This document shows positions 23,666 to 35,009 of a DNA stretch of 64,000 nucleotides, one piece after another; the stretch's first letter is position 1; each line of letters begins with the position of its first letter. The stretch is from positions 38,130,001-38,194,000 of the forward strand of contig CM059436.1 in assembly GCA_030390025.1 (NCBI GenBank), given 5' to 3'. Source of the DNA: Squalus acanthias (taxonomy: Eukaryota). A program made the position numbers and the translations under genes. The notes under the pieces were generated by a model that searched no databases, was not told the origin of the DNA, and was given only the letters and a program-made list of their open reading frames with translations.

Positions 23666-26504
23666 TTTACTTACATCCCAAATAAAGCTCTGATCATGAA
23701 ATGCAGTTTCTGTGACTGGGTTCGTGGCTCTTATGTCATATTGACACCCACTCGATAAACTGGGATATTTTTGAAAGCAGTCACCACAATGTTTTGATTT
23801 CTATTTACTTTTATTTCTTCAAAATTTAGCAAGTAATGTTGCAGCAGAAAACATAAATATCATAGACTACTCAGCCAAAGAATTGTCTCCTGCACAAACA
23901 TAAATATCTTTGCCTGTGACCTCAGTGTTCAGTGTGCAAGGTTTCAATGTTTATCACTCAGTTGTACATCCAAAATGCAACCTATAATGACAAGAGAATC
24001 TGGAGTGCTGAGAAACGGCACATTGTCCAGGGCATCATAAAATAGAACATGCATTTAGATTCCAATTGTTTTCCTTGGGGAAAGAATTCTAAGCAGTTCA
24101 CCCCCTCCATCCCATCTGACTTATATAAAAACATGATTTTCAATTTTCAAGATTCATAGAATGCTTTATGAAACAAGTTATATTGGCAATGATTTGCTCT
24201 CTCCCAGAACCTCAGTACTATGGAATTTATTACCTCCCTCAGTCTTTCCCTCCGACAATCTTCATGTTTTTTAAAACTGAAGCTTCCCATTACCTAATCA
24301 TTACCCCCTGATTTACCACATCTTTCCTCCTGCTCTTTTAAACCTTGGCTCTTCACTTTGGTTTTCTTAAAATAAAAAGTTATTTGATGAAGGTGAAAAG
24401 TACTCTAGGAATTTAAAAAAAGATTTCCGACCAGTGAGTGGATATTTGATATTTAATGTTATAAAATGCAGCATCCTGGAGATCTGCCATGTCAGGTCTC
24501 TCAACTCTATGCTTTTATACGCTGTGTAGAAATACTGCTACCATTTTTTGAATGATGAGTATATTATATAGTAAAGAACAAATGATAATGTTCTACGTGT
24601 TTCATGCTTTGAAGAATAAAAACGCAAATTAGACCTGCTGTTCCGCTTTGTAGATATTCTTGGTTTAGCCTAGTGGAGGGTCACTACAAAGCCCGCAGTT
24701 ATATATCATTACAGTCTGGGCAGCTCATCTTACTACCCATAATCAATTAGGAATAGCTGGACCTCCTCTGTTTGAAGCAGGTATTTCCCTGAGACAGCAC
24801 TCTGTCAGCCTACACACAATTTGAATATTTATTTATACTGCACTTAAGAACAGCTGAATAATCATTTTTTTAAATTTAAAATGAATCAATCACGGGTGAA
24901 GAATGTTATTCTTTTGCCCTCAAACTAAACTTACTGTCAACACTCATATTTTATTGTGCTATTAGAATATTTGAATGGTTGAAACAACCTGGAGATTATT
25001 GCCTTTTCTACAGACAACTGTAAAGAGAGTGGTTCTGAGTGCTGTATTTTAGTGCGGCTGTCAGAGTACTTTATGTGTATTTTTACAGAAGTGAACTTTC
25101 TCAAATAACTGAAGACATTGATAATGTTTGAAGTGAAACAAACACAACACATATAAAAATATAGATCATATTATGCTATGTTGGGGAACATCACTTCATC
25201 CTTTTTTCTTGTGGGCTCTAAGATTCTGTGCAAATTCACTGAACTAGAGTGGGGGTGGGGAGAGGGGGGTTAGGGACAACCTCGGAACCTCGCCCAGTCT
25301 TCTGGCATCACTTTTCCTCTGAGGTAGTTGAAGAGAAAATAGATTTTTTGATGCTTTCTCATACATGCCTACTGTCAGTGTTTCTGAAGGCTTGTCAGTG
25401 TGTCAGCAGCAGACCCTCGAAAGTTTTATTGCCCGAGGTGTTGGTGGTTGAAATTGTGCCAGATTTTGTTTTGCGCATGCAATAATTCATGAAGTTCCAC
25501 ACATGTGCAGATGCCGACAACTTGTGCACATACATGTAATTCTGCCTGTACACAAGTTGACGGTATTCACACATGCACAAAATTAGTGACGTTGCGTGAC
25601 TAGGAAGGACACATGGGTCTCGCGTTGACTTGGCAGCAGATAGGAAATTTATATTTTAAGGTGGAAATGGGTAACTTCTTTCTGTACAACAGCTGGGGTT
25701 TGTAATGTTGTAGCATAGAAAAAATAATCATCATAATGTTGTTACCATTAAGATCCACCAAGTAGCTGAGAGGTATGAGTTCGCCCATTTCGATTCTAGG
25801 AAATAGGTAAACATATGTTCAATGTGACTAAAAGTCTAACAAAGCAAATTACCTTGAAACATGGAATATTTTATTTTTCTCTTTTTCACCTCTAACTCTG
25901 TATATATTAGTACTGATATGATCTTAGTCCATATAGAAAACCAGATGAGCAAGTCACATATAGGGAGGATTGTCTATTCCAGACCATACAAGGAATATTT
26001 ACACAGCAGAGTAAAATCAGGATTTAAATGGCGTTAAGGAACACTCCAAAATGCAAATATCCCAATGATGCCAATCCTGAATTCAGTTCACGGTGCAATC
26101 TCACATCAATACAAGTTGGTTCATCTGCACTAAAGAACCTGGATAAGAACTCAAATTTTAAATCCTTTGTTGATAAGTCTGATTTTCAAATCTAAATGAG
26201 CATGAACCCTTGTCCATAGTTACCTTTAGAGCAGACTGCTCAGCTAATGTGTGGGGTAATCCATCAGTAAGCAGTTCTCATTCTGGTAACACAAGTTAAT
26301 GTCGCAACCTTCAAGATCCTAGAGCCAATCTTGTTGCTATTAGCATTTTGAAGATCATCTGATCCTTCTTGGGAGTATGATATCATTACAACAGAAATGA
26401 TACATGGCTGTTCTTCCTCAGTATCCAGGACAATCCCTTTTGAGAAAAAAATGCTTCTTTTTTGTTACAAAGCCATTCGAGCCATCAAAGCGAATCAAAG
26501 GGAC

Positions 26505-26935
26505 GTAGGAGACAGAGAGTAGGGATAAAGGGAACATTCTCTGATTGGCAGAATGTGACAAGTTATGTTCCCCAGTGATCTGTACAGGAGCCTCAGCGTT
26601 TCACTATATATTAATGACTTGGATTACGGAATAGACCAGTGTATATCCAAGTTTTCAGATGACACTAAGTTAGGGGGCAGAGTAAGTAGTGTAGATGGGA
26701 GCAGGAATTTACAAAGGGACACTATGTGAATGGGCAAAACTATGGCAGATGGAGCTCATTGTGAGGTCGTCCATTTTGGATCAAAGAAAGACAAATCAGA
26801 ATATTTTCTTAATGTTGAGAGACTAAGAGCTGTGGAAGAGCAAAGGCATTTGGGTGTCTAGTGCACAGGTACAAAAAGTAATCACAAAGTCTAATGGAAT
26901 GTTGGCCTTTATCTCAAGGGGGTTGGAATACAAAA
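26505..26935 (+). mobile_element. Degraded CR1 RT fragment
   Basis: attaatgacttggat, tccaagttttcagatgacactaag (KFSDD), tggcagatggag, aatggaatgttggcctttat. Confidence 0.75.
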
Positions 26936-28195
26936 TGGGCTCCAGGTGGGCCCCACTTCTGTATGGCCGCTACACTTGGTGTAGCTTCACCGATTGTACA
27001 CCAGGTCTCGACTGAGGGCCGGAGCGTGGGAAGTTTGGCCCTCTGGAGTCCAGGTTCCTGGCCTCAGTCCCTCTGTGTCATTGGTTTAGTAAGGGGCAGG
27101 CAGAGGTGCTGTCTTTACAAGTACTAGCAGGAATTCCCTCGCAAGGCTGCGACCTGGCGTATCTGGGTTCCAGTTTAATTTGTGTTTGTTCCGGTGGACT
27201 CCCACCAGAGTTCCAATGTAAATTTGCCAGAACACTCGTGGATTTTTGGGGCCTACTTCTTTTTAATGTCAGAAAGTGAGGCCTTTGGGTTTTAGTTTTC
27301 ACATAGAATTGTGATCGCATAGCACGAATACAACTTCCAAAATCCAACGTAATGAAAAGGAACTTCAACTTATTCCATCACCTTAAAGCAGTTGCCTTGA
27401 CCACAGGCCTTTATTCAGAGATGATTTTCACCTTCAGTGTTGTTTTTTGATTTATCAGCTTTTTTGGGTTATGTACGATTGTTGAAGCTCTTTGTCAACT
27501 ATTGTGAGTTTTGTAGCTTGACATGTATGCATTCTGTATGGAGCGTGATTTCTAGCAGGTTCACGTCAAATGATTTAAAAAGAAATTCATCAGAAGTCGG
27601 GCTGATAGTTTTGAATGGCAGTCATGGAAAGCAAGTATCATTTTACAATTTGAGCTGGTTGTTTGTGAGGAGATTGAGGATGGTTGAGGAAGGATAAGAG
27701 AAGCAGAGACAAATTAAAAAGTACTGTGGAATCTGTTTGGTTCTACGTAAGGAACAAGAAAAGAACATTAGTGAGCATGACGAACTGGGAGTGGAAGAGA
27801 GGGAAAATGTTCTTCCTCCATGGAGGGTAGAGAAATGATTGCTTTTGGTTGATGAGCCCAGGAACCCAGATCTTAGGATTTCAGACTTCAAAAGAGTTAT
27901 GACTAGGATTCTCCTCTGAATGACCATCCATTTTAGGGCAAATTTGGGGTGATAAAAAGAGTAAAATGGGATTTTGTTCCATACATCTATGACCCTGTGG
28001 AGGAAAAAAATCTTATCTCTAGTCTTATTTGAGATTTGTTAATTTTATACTGGTGTCCTCTAGTTCTGTTGTCACAGTCCAAGTTTAATAACTTGCATTG
28101 CAATGGCACTCAGCATTTAAAGAGTTGGATCATGTCCACTCTCAATCTGTTTTCTACATTAAAAACAAGTACAACTCTGCGTTTCCCCACATAAA

Positions 28196-28605
28196 ATAAG
28201 AACTTGCATTTATATAGCATCCTTTACATCCTCATGATGTCTCGAACTGCTTTAACAATGAATTTACTTTTGCAATGTAGTTACTATTGTTAGGTAGGCA
28301 AAGGCAGCAGAAACATCCCACAAACAGCAAATAAATGATTTGATAATCTGGTTTTGGTGGTTAACTAATGTTGGCTAGATGACCTCCCTGCTCTTTAAGC
28401 AATATTGTTTACATTCTCTTGACCAGACAGACTGGACCTTGGTTTAACATCTCATCGAAAAGATGGCACCTCCAACAATGCCGCACTCCTCAGTACTATA
28501 CTGGAGTGTCAGCCGAGATAATGTGCTCAAAGCCTGGAAGGAGGCTTGAACCCAAATCCTTCTAAGTTCAAAGATGAGAGTGTTACTAACTGAGGCAAGC
28601 TGACC
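28196..28605 (-). mobile_element. Deu-SINE copy, degraded
   Basis: Reverse complement of the SINE core (cactcctcagtact, ggtttaacatctcatcgaaaagatggcacctcc) and tail. Confidence 0.7.
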
Positions 28606-29569
28606 CAACAGGACCCATCTCCTGGAATCATCTGTTGCTCTTCCTTAAACCAACTCATTGTATGAACGCTGACTGCTGGGATGAGAGGACCAAAAAACGG
28701 AGCCAGCCAAACAGTTAGTTTACTCAGACTACACCTACCCCAGAATATTGGATTCAAACATTGACTCTGGCTTTCTTCATTGACATTTTGAGAGATTTTT
28801 GGTTTATCTTATAAGATTAACTTGATGACAATATCACATTGCTGCTGTAATCCTACCACTTGAAAAAACTGCTTGCTAAGCTACAAAAACTGAAGCTTGT
28901 GTCTGGACATCTGTGGCTTTTGTAGCTGTACTTTAAACATCCTTTGAACTGTTTACTCTGGTGCCTGGTGCTTCTACAGCATGACCTAGAATCTTTAGAG
29001 GTTGGATTCCTGTACCTGATCCTGCAAAGGCAATAAGTGAAACTAAATCTAATACCACACACTGGTATATAAGCCTTTCTGGGCCACCAGGGAACATGGA
29101 TATATATTGTGCTGTTAATTCATAAGGGAACCCAAACACCCAGGCCTAGATTTTCGGGAATTGATGTCGAGACAGTCTGGCAAGTAAAAAGGAATGGAAA
29201 AGTCCTCCACTCAATCCCTATCCCTAAAAAAACACCCCATTGTTTCCCTGATCCACACGCTGAAACCGCGCTCCACCACATTTAAAAGAAGCGGGGGAGA
29301 CACAAGTGCCCCCTGAGATTTCCCTTAATTTCTGTCCACTTATCACCCCTGAAATCACTGCCGCTCTAAAGATAGCCGACATAGTGGCCTACAGGCAGGA
29401 GGGGAAAAGATCACATAGGAGTGCGATTCTGTAACACTGTTTCGGCTGGGAGTCACACCTGTTACTTTAAAGCTGCAATTTCTGATCATTTAATGGTATT
29501 TTCTGAAACTTGCTGAGAATTTAAAAGGATCTCTGCAAAGTGAGATCATGGATTTCCCTCTGGGGTGTC

Positions 29570-30070
29570 CATTGTTCCAGTGCTTAACAAGAATCTATCG
29601 CACTTGGTCTTGAAAATTTCAATTGACCCAGCATCCATAGCCTTTTGGGGGAACGAGTTCCAGATTTCCAGTACTCTTTGTGTAAAAAAGTGCCTCCTGA
29701 TTTCACTGTGAAATAGCCTAGCTTTAATTTTAAGATTATTGCCCCTTGTTCTGGGTTTCCCCATCAGAGGAAACATTTTCTCTGTATCTACCTTATAGAA
29801 TCCCTTCAGCATTTTAAACACCTCAATTAGATCACCCCTCAATCTTCTGAACTCAAAGGAATACAACCTAAGTTTTTGCAACCTGTCCTCATAACTTGAT
29901 TCTTTAAGCCCTGGTATTATTCTGGGGAATCTGTGCTGTACCCCCTCCAAGGCCAATATATCTTTCCTGAGATTTGGTGCACAAAACTGAATGCAGAACT
30001 CCAGAAGGGGTCTGACCAAGACTCTGTACAACTGAAGCATCACTTCCTCACTTTTATATTCCAACCCTCT
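29570..30070 (-). mobile_element. CR1 LINE 3' fragment
   Basis: ORF 29546-30097: LYRVLVRPLLEFCIQF..RRLRGDLIEVFK..FFTQRVLEIWNSFP. Confidence 0.9.
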
Positions 30071-30258
30071 GAAACATGACTTGCAGCTTCTTTCCACCAG
30101 GGATGCTGCCTTGTCTGTGGCTGTGAAGATGATAACAGTATTTCACTTTTATGCATCTGCATGCTTCCAGATGGGCTCTGGTGACATTAATCACATCAGT
30201 CAGTCAGCTGTGCATCACTGCATTAGGTGCATCATGGATGCTCTATTCTGGCATGCCT
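30071..30258 (+). pseudogene. HARBI1-like transposase, 5' part
   Basis: ALSVAVKMITVFHFYASACFQMGSGDINHISQSAVHHCIRCIMDALFWHA (HTH region). Confidence 0.85.
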
Positions 30259-30596
30259 TGAAGGGATAATTACAAGTCCTAGCCCTTTTGAACTACCCCA
30301 GATCAGGCGTATTCCCCAGATGTCTACCTTCAACTAAAGTTTACAGTAGCCGGATCCTATAAGACGCTTAATCGGGTCTAAAGGTCAGACTACCTCTCCC
30401 TAAAGGAAAGAAACGGTCTGAAGATGTTACCGTCCTCCGGATAGTACTTTTAATAAGTTTAACTAGACTGTAACCTTCCGCATATTATGAGGGTCCGGAA
30501 TACCCCCAGAATTCTGCAACTCCTTTGAGTGTACAGAAATTGAGTTCACAAGATGATACAGAAATACTCTTTGAGATTATTCTAAAAATATATAGA

Positions 30597-30631
30597 TTTA
30601 TTACAGAACCGACATTTAGATAACATTTATT
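30597..30631 (-). terminator. LTR polyadenylation signals (two AATAAA)
   Basis: tttatt on + at 30597-30602 and 30626-30631, ~250-290 nt downstream of the TATA box. Confidence 0.55.
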
Positions 30632-30881
30632 ATGGCAATCACAACTTTAATCATTCAAAATACAAATAGCTTACATTTCTTATTCTCAGAGATCCTTATT
30701 CTTAAATCTTAACTTCGTTACATTTCCACACTTCTACTTATTTCTTAATCCAGAATATCCACCAAAATCAAATACCTTGATTACCCGAGACTCAAAAGTT
30801 GTAAACTTACAGAGAATGTCTGTAAAGTTAAGAAACGCTTGTCTTCCCAGCGACTTCTGACTTTCTGTTTGAAAAGGTCTA

Positions 30882-30889
30882 TTTTTATA
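30882..30889 (-). promoter_or_regulatory. LTR TATA box
   Basis: GATATAAAAATAG on the minus strand, ~1050 nt into the LTR (long U3). Confidence 0.6.
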
Positions 30890-31943
30890 TCTTTTTTGGG
30901 TGGTTTATCCTTTGAAGTTTTCCTGATGATGTAAGCTTAATTGTATCAAATCATTCTTTGCTGACTCTGTTCTGTTCTTTATTGATATCTCTGTTGAATG
31001 CTTTCTGTCTTTACTGTCAATTTAGCCATTGCATGCATAATTATGTCTCTACCTTAGATGTTTCAAAAACCATCATAAACACAATGACAGCAATGGTTTC
31101 TGTTTGATGCAATTCTTAGGAAGTCTTTCTATTGAATTTCTAATACTACTTTAACTGGTTATTATCAGACGTTGTGTCTCCGTGGTATTCCAAGTTCAAT
31201 TCAAGAACAATGTAATTGCTTGGTGCATCCATTGAAGTAATATTTTCAAAGTCGTCTTGTTTGTGTACCTTTTACAACTTGTAAATACTTCATCTAGGGT
31301 GTTCCATACATTTCTTATTTACTTCAATTGGTTTTTATCAGACCTCAGGACTCCATATTTCAAGCTTAACATTAAAACTATTTGTTCAGCAGGCGTTTCT
31401 TTTACTTGATGTCATTTCTTCAAAGGCTTCTGTAGGTATCATACTTATAATATGTAAATTGAAAACACTTTAACTCAGTGTTTACTTGTTTTCCAGCTAT
31501 CTCAATTGGTTGCATATTTAATCGTGTTTCCTGTCTTTAAGTTTAACATAAAACTATTTTACAACAGGTATTTCTTACTTGATGTCATTTTTTCAAAGGC
31601 ACTTGTTTTTTTTTAATGTTCTGTGCATCTGTTCGACGTGTTAGATTATAATACTTTACTTGGGTCATTCCATTGTTTTTTTTCCCAAACTCTAGACATA
31701 GAGGAACCTCCCAATGGTTTGCTTCAATAGGGCATTGTCTTTGTCAATATCCCATTCCCATATCAAAGCTTGTGTTCACAGCTTTGTGTTAACAAACCAT
31801 CTTATCTCATAAGCCTGTATTCTGTTTGCAGCCTGTGTCTGCTAAGGCTTATGTCTTTTAAACCCAGTATGTCATTTATTAATAATTTCAGAAATCTGTT
31901 TTTAGTATCGTGTTTTTTTCTGAATCCTGACTATTCATTCACA

Positions 31944-31953
31944 CCCCCGCCTT
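31944..31953 (-). other. Polypurine tract (plus-strand primer)
   Basis: AAGGCGGGGG immediately before the TGTG LTR start. Confidence 0.7.
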
Positions 31954-32584
31954 GACCAAAAGATGAGTTTAAAACTTCAGGGCAGAGTTTGGTCAATATT
32001 GCTCATGAGGTTACAATAGCATATTAATTTTACGAGATGCACAATCATGTGCTACATGAAAATTCCTTTTAAATCATCCTAGGACAATGTTTTGCCTTAT
32101 TTTAAATTGTACACAATTTAAAAGGATGATAATACATAGTCATGTATGAGCGAAACAACATGTACTTAGAATGTCCAATCAGCAGATGTACGTTCCGTAG
32201 AGGTGAGTTCTTCATACGAGTCAAGGAGACGTCAGTTGAAACTAGTTGAAGCTTGACACGCTGTTCCTTTGATCTGGCGTGTGTACCGATGCTTGTATCT
32301 GTATAGGCCTTACGAGGCATTCAGTTGATTCCTTCTTTATCCGCAATGTCTTCCTCCTTCGTTAAAGTAACTCATTGATCTTTCCTTGTTTCGGTTGTTG
32401 CTTTTCGCAAATCCAACTCCTGATGCGTTGCCAAGCAACGTGTAGAAGAGCCGACGACACCTTCTGACTTCCCATCATCAGTAATTCGATCGCATCCATT
32501 TCCTGTGTCGTGCTCCAAGCTGGGTCTTAAAAGACAGTGTACAACTGCACCTTGTATTGTTCCTCCTTTTCGGTATCCAGCAGG

Positions 32585-33805
32585 ACATCTCTTGATATTG
32601 TCTATGGAGACAGTTTTAAAAATATTCTTGCCATTCGGCTGGTTAACATGTATTTGAACTGTTCTTTCGTTAATAACAGATTGCATTTGAACAGGTTTTT
32701 TCCACTTCGTTCTTAAACCAGGTTTTTGCTCGAACTTCTTTTCCTGTACCCATTCTCCTACTATGGGTTGCCATGCTTTATTTATCAATTTTTCTGCCTA
32801 TTTGCTTCCCTTATCCTCTGATCAATTCGATGAATCTCCTTTGTTACTTTTTTTAAAACTTTTTTTTTTAACTGTCGCTGTTGGGTCAAGGACTCAAAGT
32901 GTGTAGAGGCAATAAAAGAACCATGAGTAAGCAGTGTATGCATTTCAACCCCATACATCAGATAATATGGAGTTTTAGGGGACACTGTCCCTGATGCAGA
33001 TGTGGGCACGTTATTGAGTGATAGCTGTACTTCCGGAATTATGGCGGTCCACTTGTTTCTCTGATTCTCAACAGTTTGACCAATAGCTGTATTACTCCCC
33101 GATTTTTTACATTCCCCCAGCCCCGCTGATTGTGGATGACGTGGCGTGCTGTGCTCTAACCCAATCCCCCTTTGTTCACAGTAGTCTTTGAAGACCTTGG
33201 ATACAAAGGCTCCGCCTTTAATGGAGTGTAAGACTTTGGGTGCAGCAGCTACAGTAATTATATCAGAAATAGCCCTGGCGAGTGCGTTTTCCGAAACAGT
33301 TTTTGTGGGGACCAGCCAGCAAAAGGAATTGCATCCATCCACACAAACAAGAACATGTCTATATCCCAAAGATGGGGAAAGTGGTCCAATAAAATCAATA
33401 AAGAATTTTCCCATTTGCTCATCAGCTTTCACAGGAGCCAATGGTGGTGGCTTAATTTAGTGATGACTTACTAGTCGAATAGCATGGCTCACAATTTGCC
33501 ACGTATGTTTTACAGGCTCTAAGCATGCCTGGCCACCAATATAAGAGGGTCAATTTGCAGAATGTTGTTCTGGCACCACAATGTACTTAACTTATGCCCT
33601 TGTGAGCTTCTTTTACAAGCTGTTTCATTTGTGGCTCGGGGGTACTTCTCGGTTTCCCTTGGGCAACTTAACTAGTACAATACCCGTAGGGGTTTCCAAG
33701 TAAGAGTACTTTGGTGGATATTCTGGTGGATTCTCTGTTATTGGGTCTAATAGCTGAATCAGTTCGTCATCCTGATTAGCTGCCCGTTCTGCCCTAGTGA
33801 TTACA
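32585..33805 (-). pseudogene. pol: Foamy-type integrase, frameshifted and catalytically mutated
   Basis: N-terminal extension DELIQLL..YPPKYSY..EVPP; HHCC EAH..HCG..YWWPGM..CEPC; core KFFIDFIGPLSPSLGYRHVLVCVDG, LHSIKGGAF (second D lost), HSTPRHPQSAGLGE; CTD WQPIVGEWVQE..LRTKWKKP..INERTV..TVSIDNIK. Confidence 0.92.
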
Positions 33806-33849
33806 CTAACATTGGCAGGCCCCTCTCGAGGGGGTGTCATGCAGACCGA

Positions 33850-34200
33850 ACATTTCGCTTGTTCGTCAGCAAGGCTGTTTCCTTTTGAGTGTACTTATTC
33901 CAGTGGTATGCCCGTTTACATTAATCACCTGACAATTCTGTTTCTCCATCCTCGAATGGAGAATTTCTCCCCACAGTGTGGGTTTAATAAGGTCTGCTTT
34001 CTCTAAAGCATATCGTAATGCTGCGGCTTTAGCATATTGCGCTGTCTCGTGGCCAAGGGGTTTAGACAGAAATTCTTCTGTTATAAATTTTTTAAAAAAT
34101 AGGAATCTCGAAAAGTCCCTACTGCTCTCCCCATCCCAGCTGAGGATTGTTGGGATGTCTCTTTTTTAATCGTCATTGACGTTCCATCACGGTAAATAAC
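33850..34200 (-). pseudogene. pol: Foamy-type RNase H remnant with internal deletion
   Basis: VIYRDGTS..SSAGMG..KPLGHETAQYAKAAALRYALEKA..LWGEI..NGH..VHSKGNSLADEQA; resembles foamy FYTDGS/AGMG/PLGNHTAQMAE/GNALAD. Confidence 0.85.
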
Positions 34201-34388
34201 TTGATGGTATTCTATAAGCGGTCTCATAAGTATTTGTTTTGTGTGAATCCCCCTAATGATTTTTTACAAATTGGGCTTTCACTTGTGTATTTGTGGGCAT
34301 TTTTGCCAAGGCATAGGGGAATTCAGGAGGCCCTGGCTGTGTGCCAGGCCTTCAATCCTGGGATTGTTCATCCTCAGAATTCTGAGCT

Positions 34389-35009
34389 TTATTTGTTGCG
34401 TTGTCTTTTAATTATTTTAACTGATTTTTGTTCCTCCCTCTTGGGGGTTTCATGTTTTCCAGATCCCTGAGGGGTTTTGTCGGACCGTTTATTATCTTGA
34501 CGATCCTCCTGTTGAGGTGGACGTTGGTTCTGCCGGGAATCTTTTTGATCCCCATATCGGTTTTCCCGATATCCTCCCATGGCTCTTTGATAACTTTGGC
34601 CAGTGTAAAAGCTGTCCCCATAGGGAGTCCACTGTCATTCGCTTTCCTTTCGAGGTCTAGCCCCTCGTCTATCCCATCTTTCTGAGGAGAAATCTGTCTC
34701 GTATTGTGGGCGAGTTGGGGGTGTAAACCTTCTGGAATACCCTCTTGGGGGTCCCGAGCCACGAGTTTGTGTCTGGGCAGGATGGACTTGAGACTTGGGT
34801 CTATACAGTCCTTCTTTCTGAGTACTTTCTCCGTTTTTTTATCCCTAGTTTCTGATCTCATTATAGGTTTAGTTTGGGGTAGACCTAAGAGGTCATGATT
34901 TAATTGGATAATGCGATTGACATTATCCCATTTTTGTTGGTTATCTCGATAATCGTTTAGAGCACCCTCACAAGCAAGTTTGAGGGCTGTATTTTGGTAT
35001 TCCTTCACA
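34389..35009 (-). pseudogene. gag: Foamy-type Gag C-terminal remnant
   Basis: ALKLACEGALND..RIIQLNHDLLGL resembles the end of the foamy capsid CTD (..VYEILGL); followed after a frameshift by a G/R/Y/Q-rich region (RGSGPPRGYSRRF..RWDRRGARPR..GGYRENRYG); no Cys-His box. Confidence 0.7.

Larger units (their letters stand above)
30259..31943 (-). repeat. 3' LTR of the foamy-like provirus (1685 bp)
   Basis: Begins TGTGAATG directly after the PPT and ends ..ATCCCTTCA at the TSD; contains TATA box then AATAAA in the expected order; no second LTR available for comparison. Confidence 0.75.
30259..35009 (-). mobile_element. Endogenous foamy-virus-like (spumaretrovirus) defective provirus
   Basis: TG...CA ends with 4-bp TSD GCCT (30255-30258, 35010-35013); Gag, RNase H and integrase remnants align by eye with prototype foamy virus motifs; PPT and long 3' LTR. 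Confidence 0.9.

Noticed and set aside
33160-33180. Possible central PPT in integrase (GAACAAAGGGGGA on minus)
   Set aside because: Only a partial match to the 3' PPT and explainable by codons (EQRGI); not supportable without a consensus
32785-33441. Integrase as an ordinary Gypsy element or an active enzyme
   Set aside because: Motifs, N-terminal extension, CTD, Gag type and long LTR fit foamy viruses better; frameshifts and loss of the second catalytic Asp (HSIKG) exclude activity
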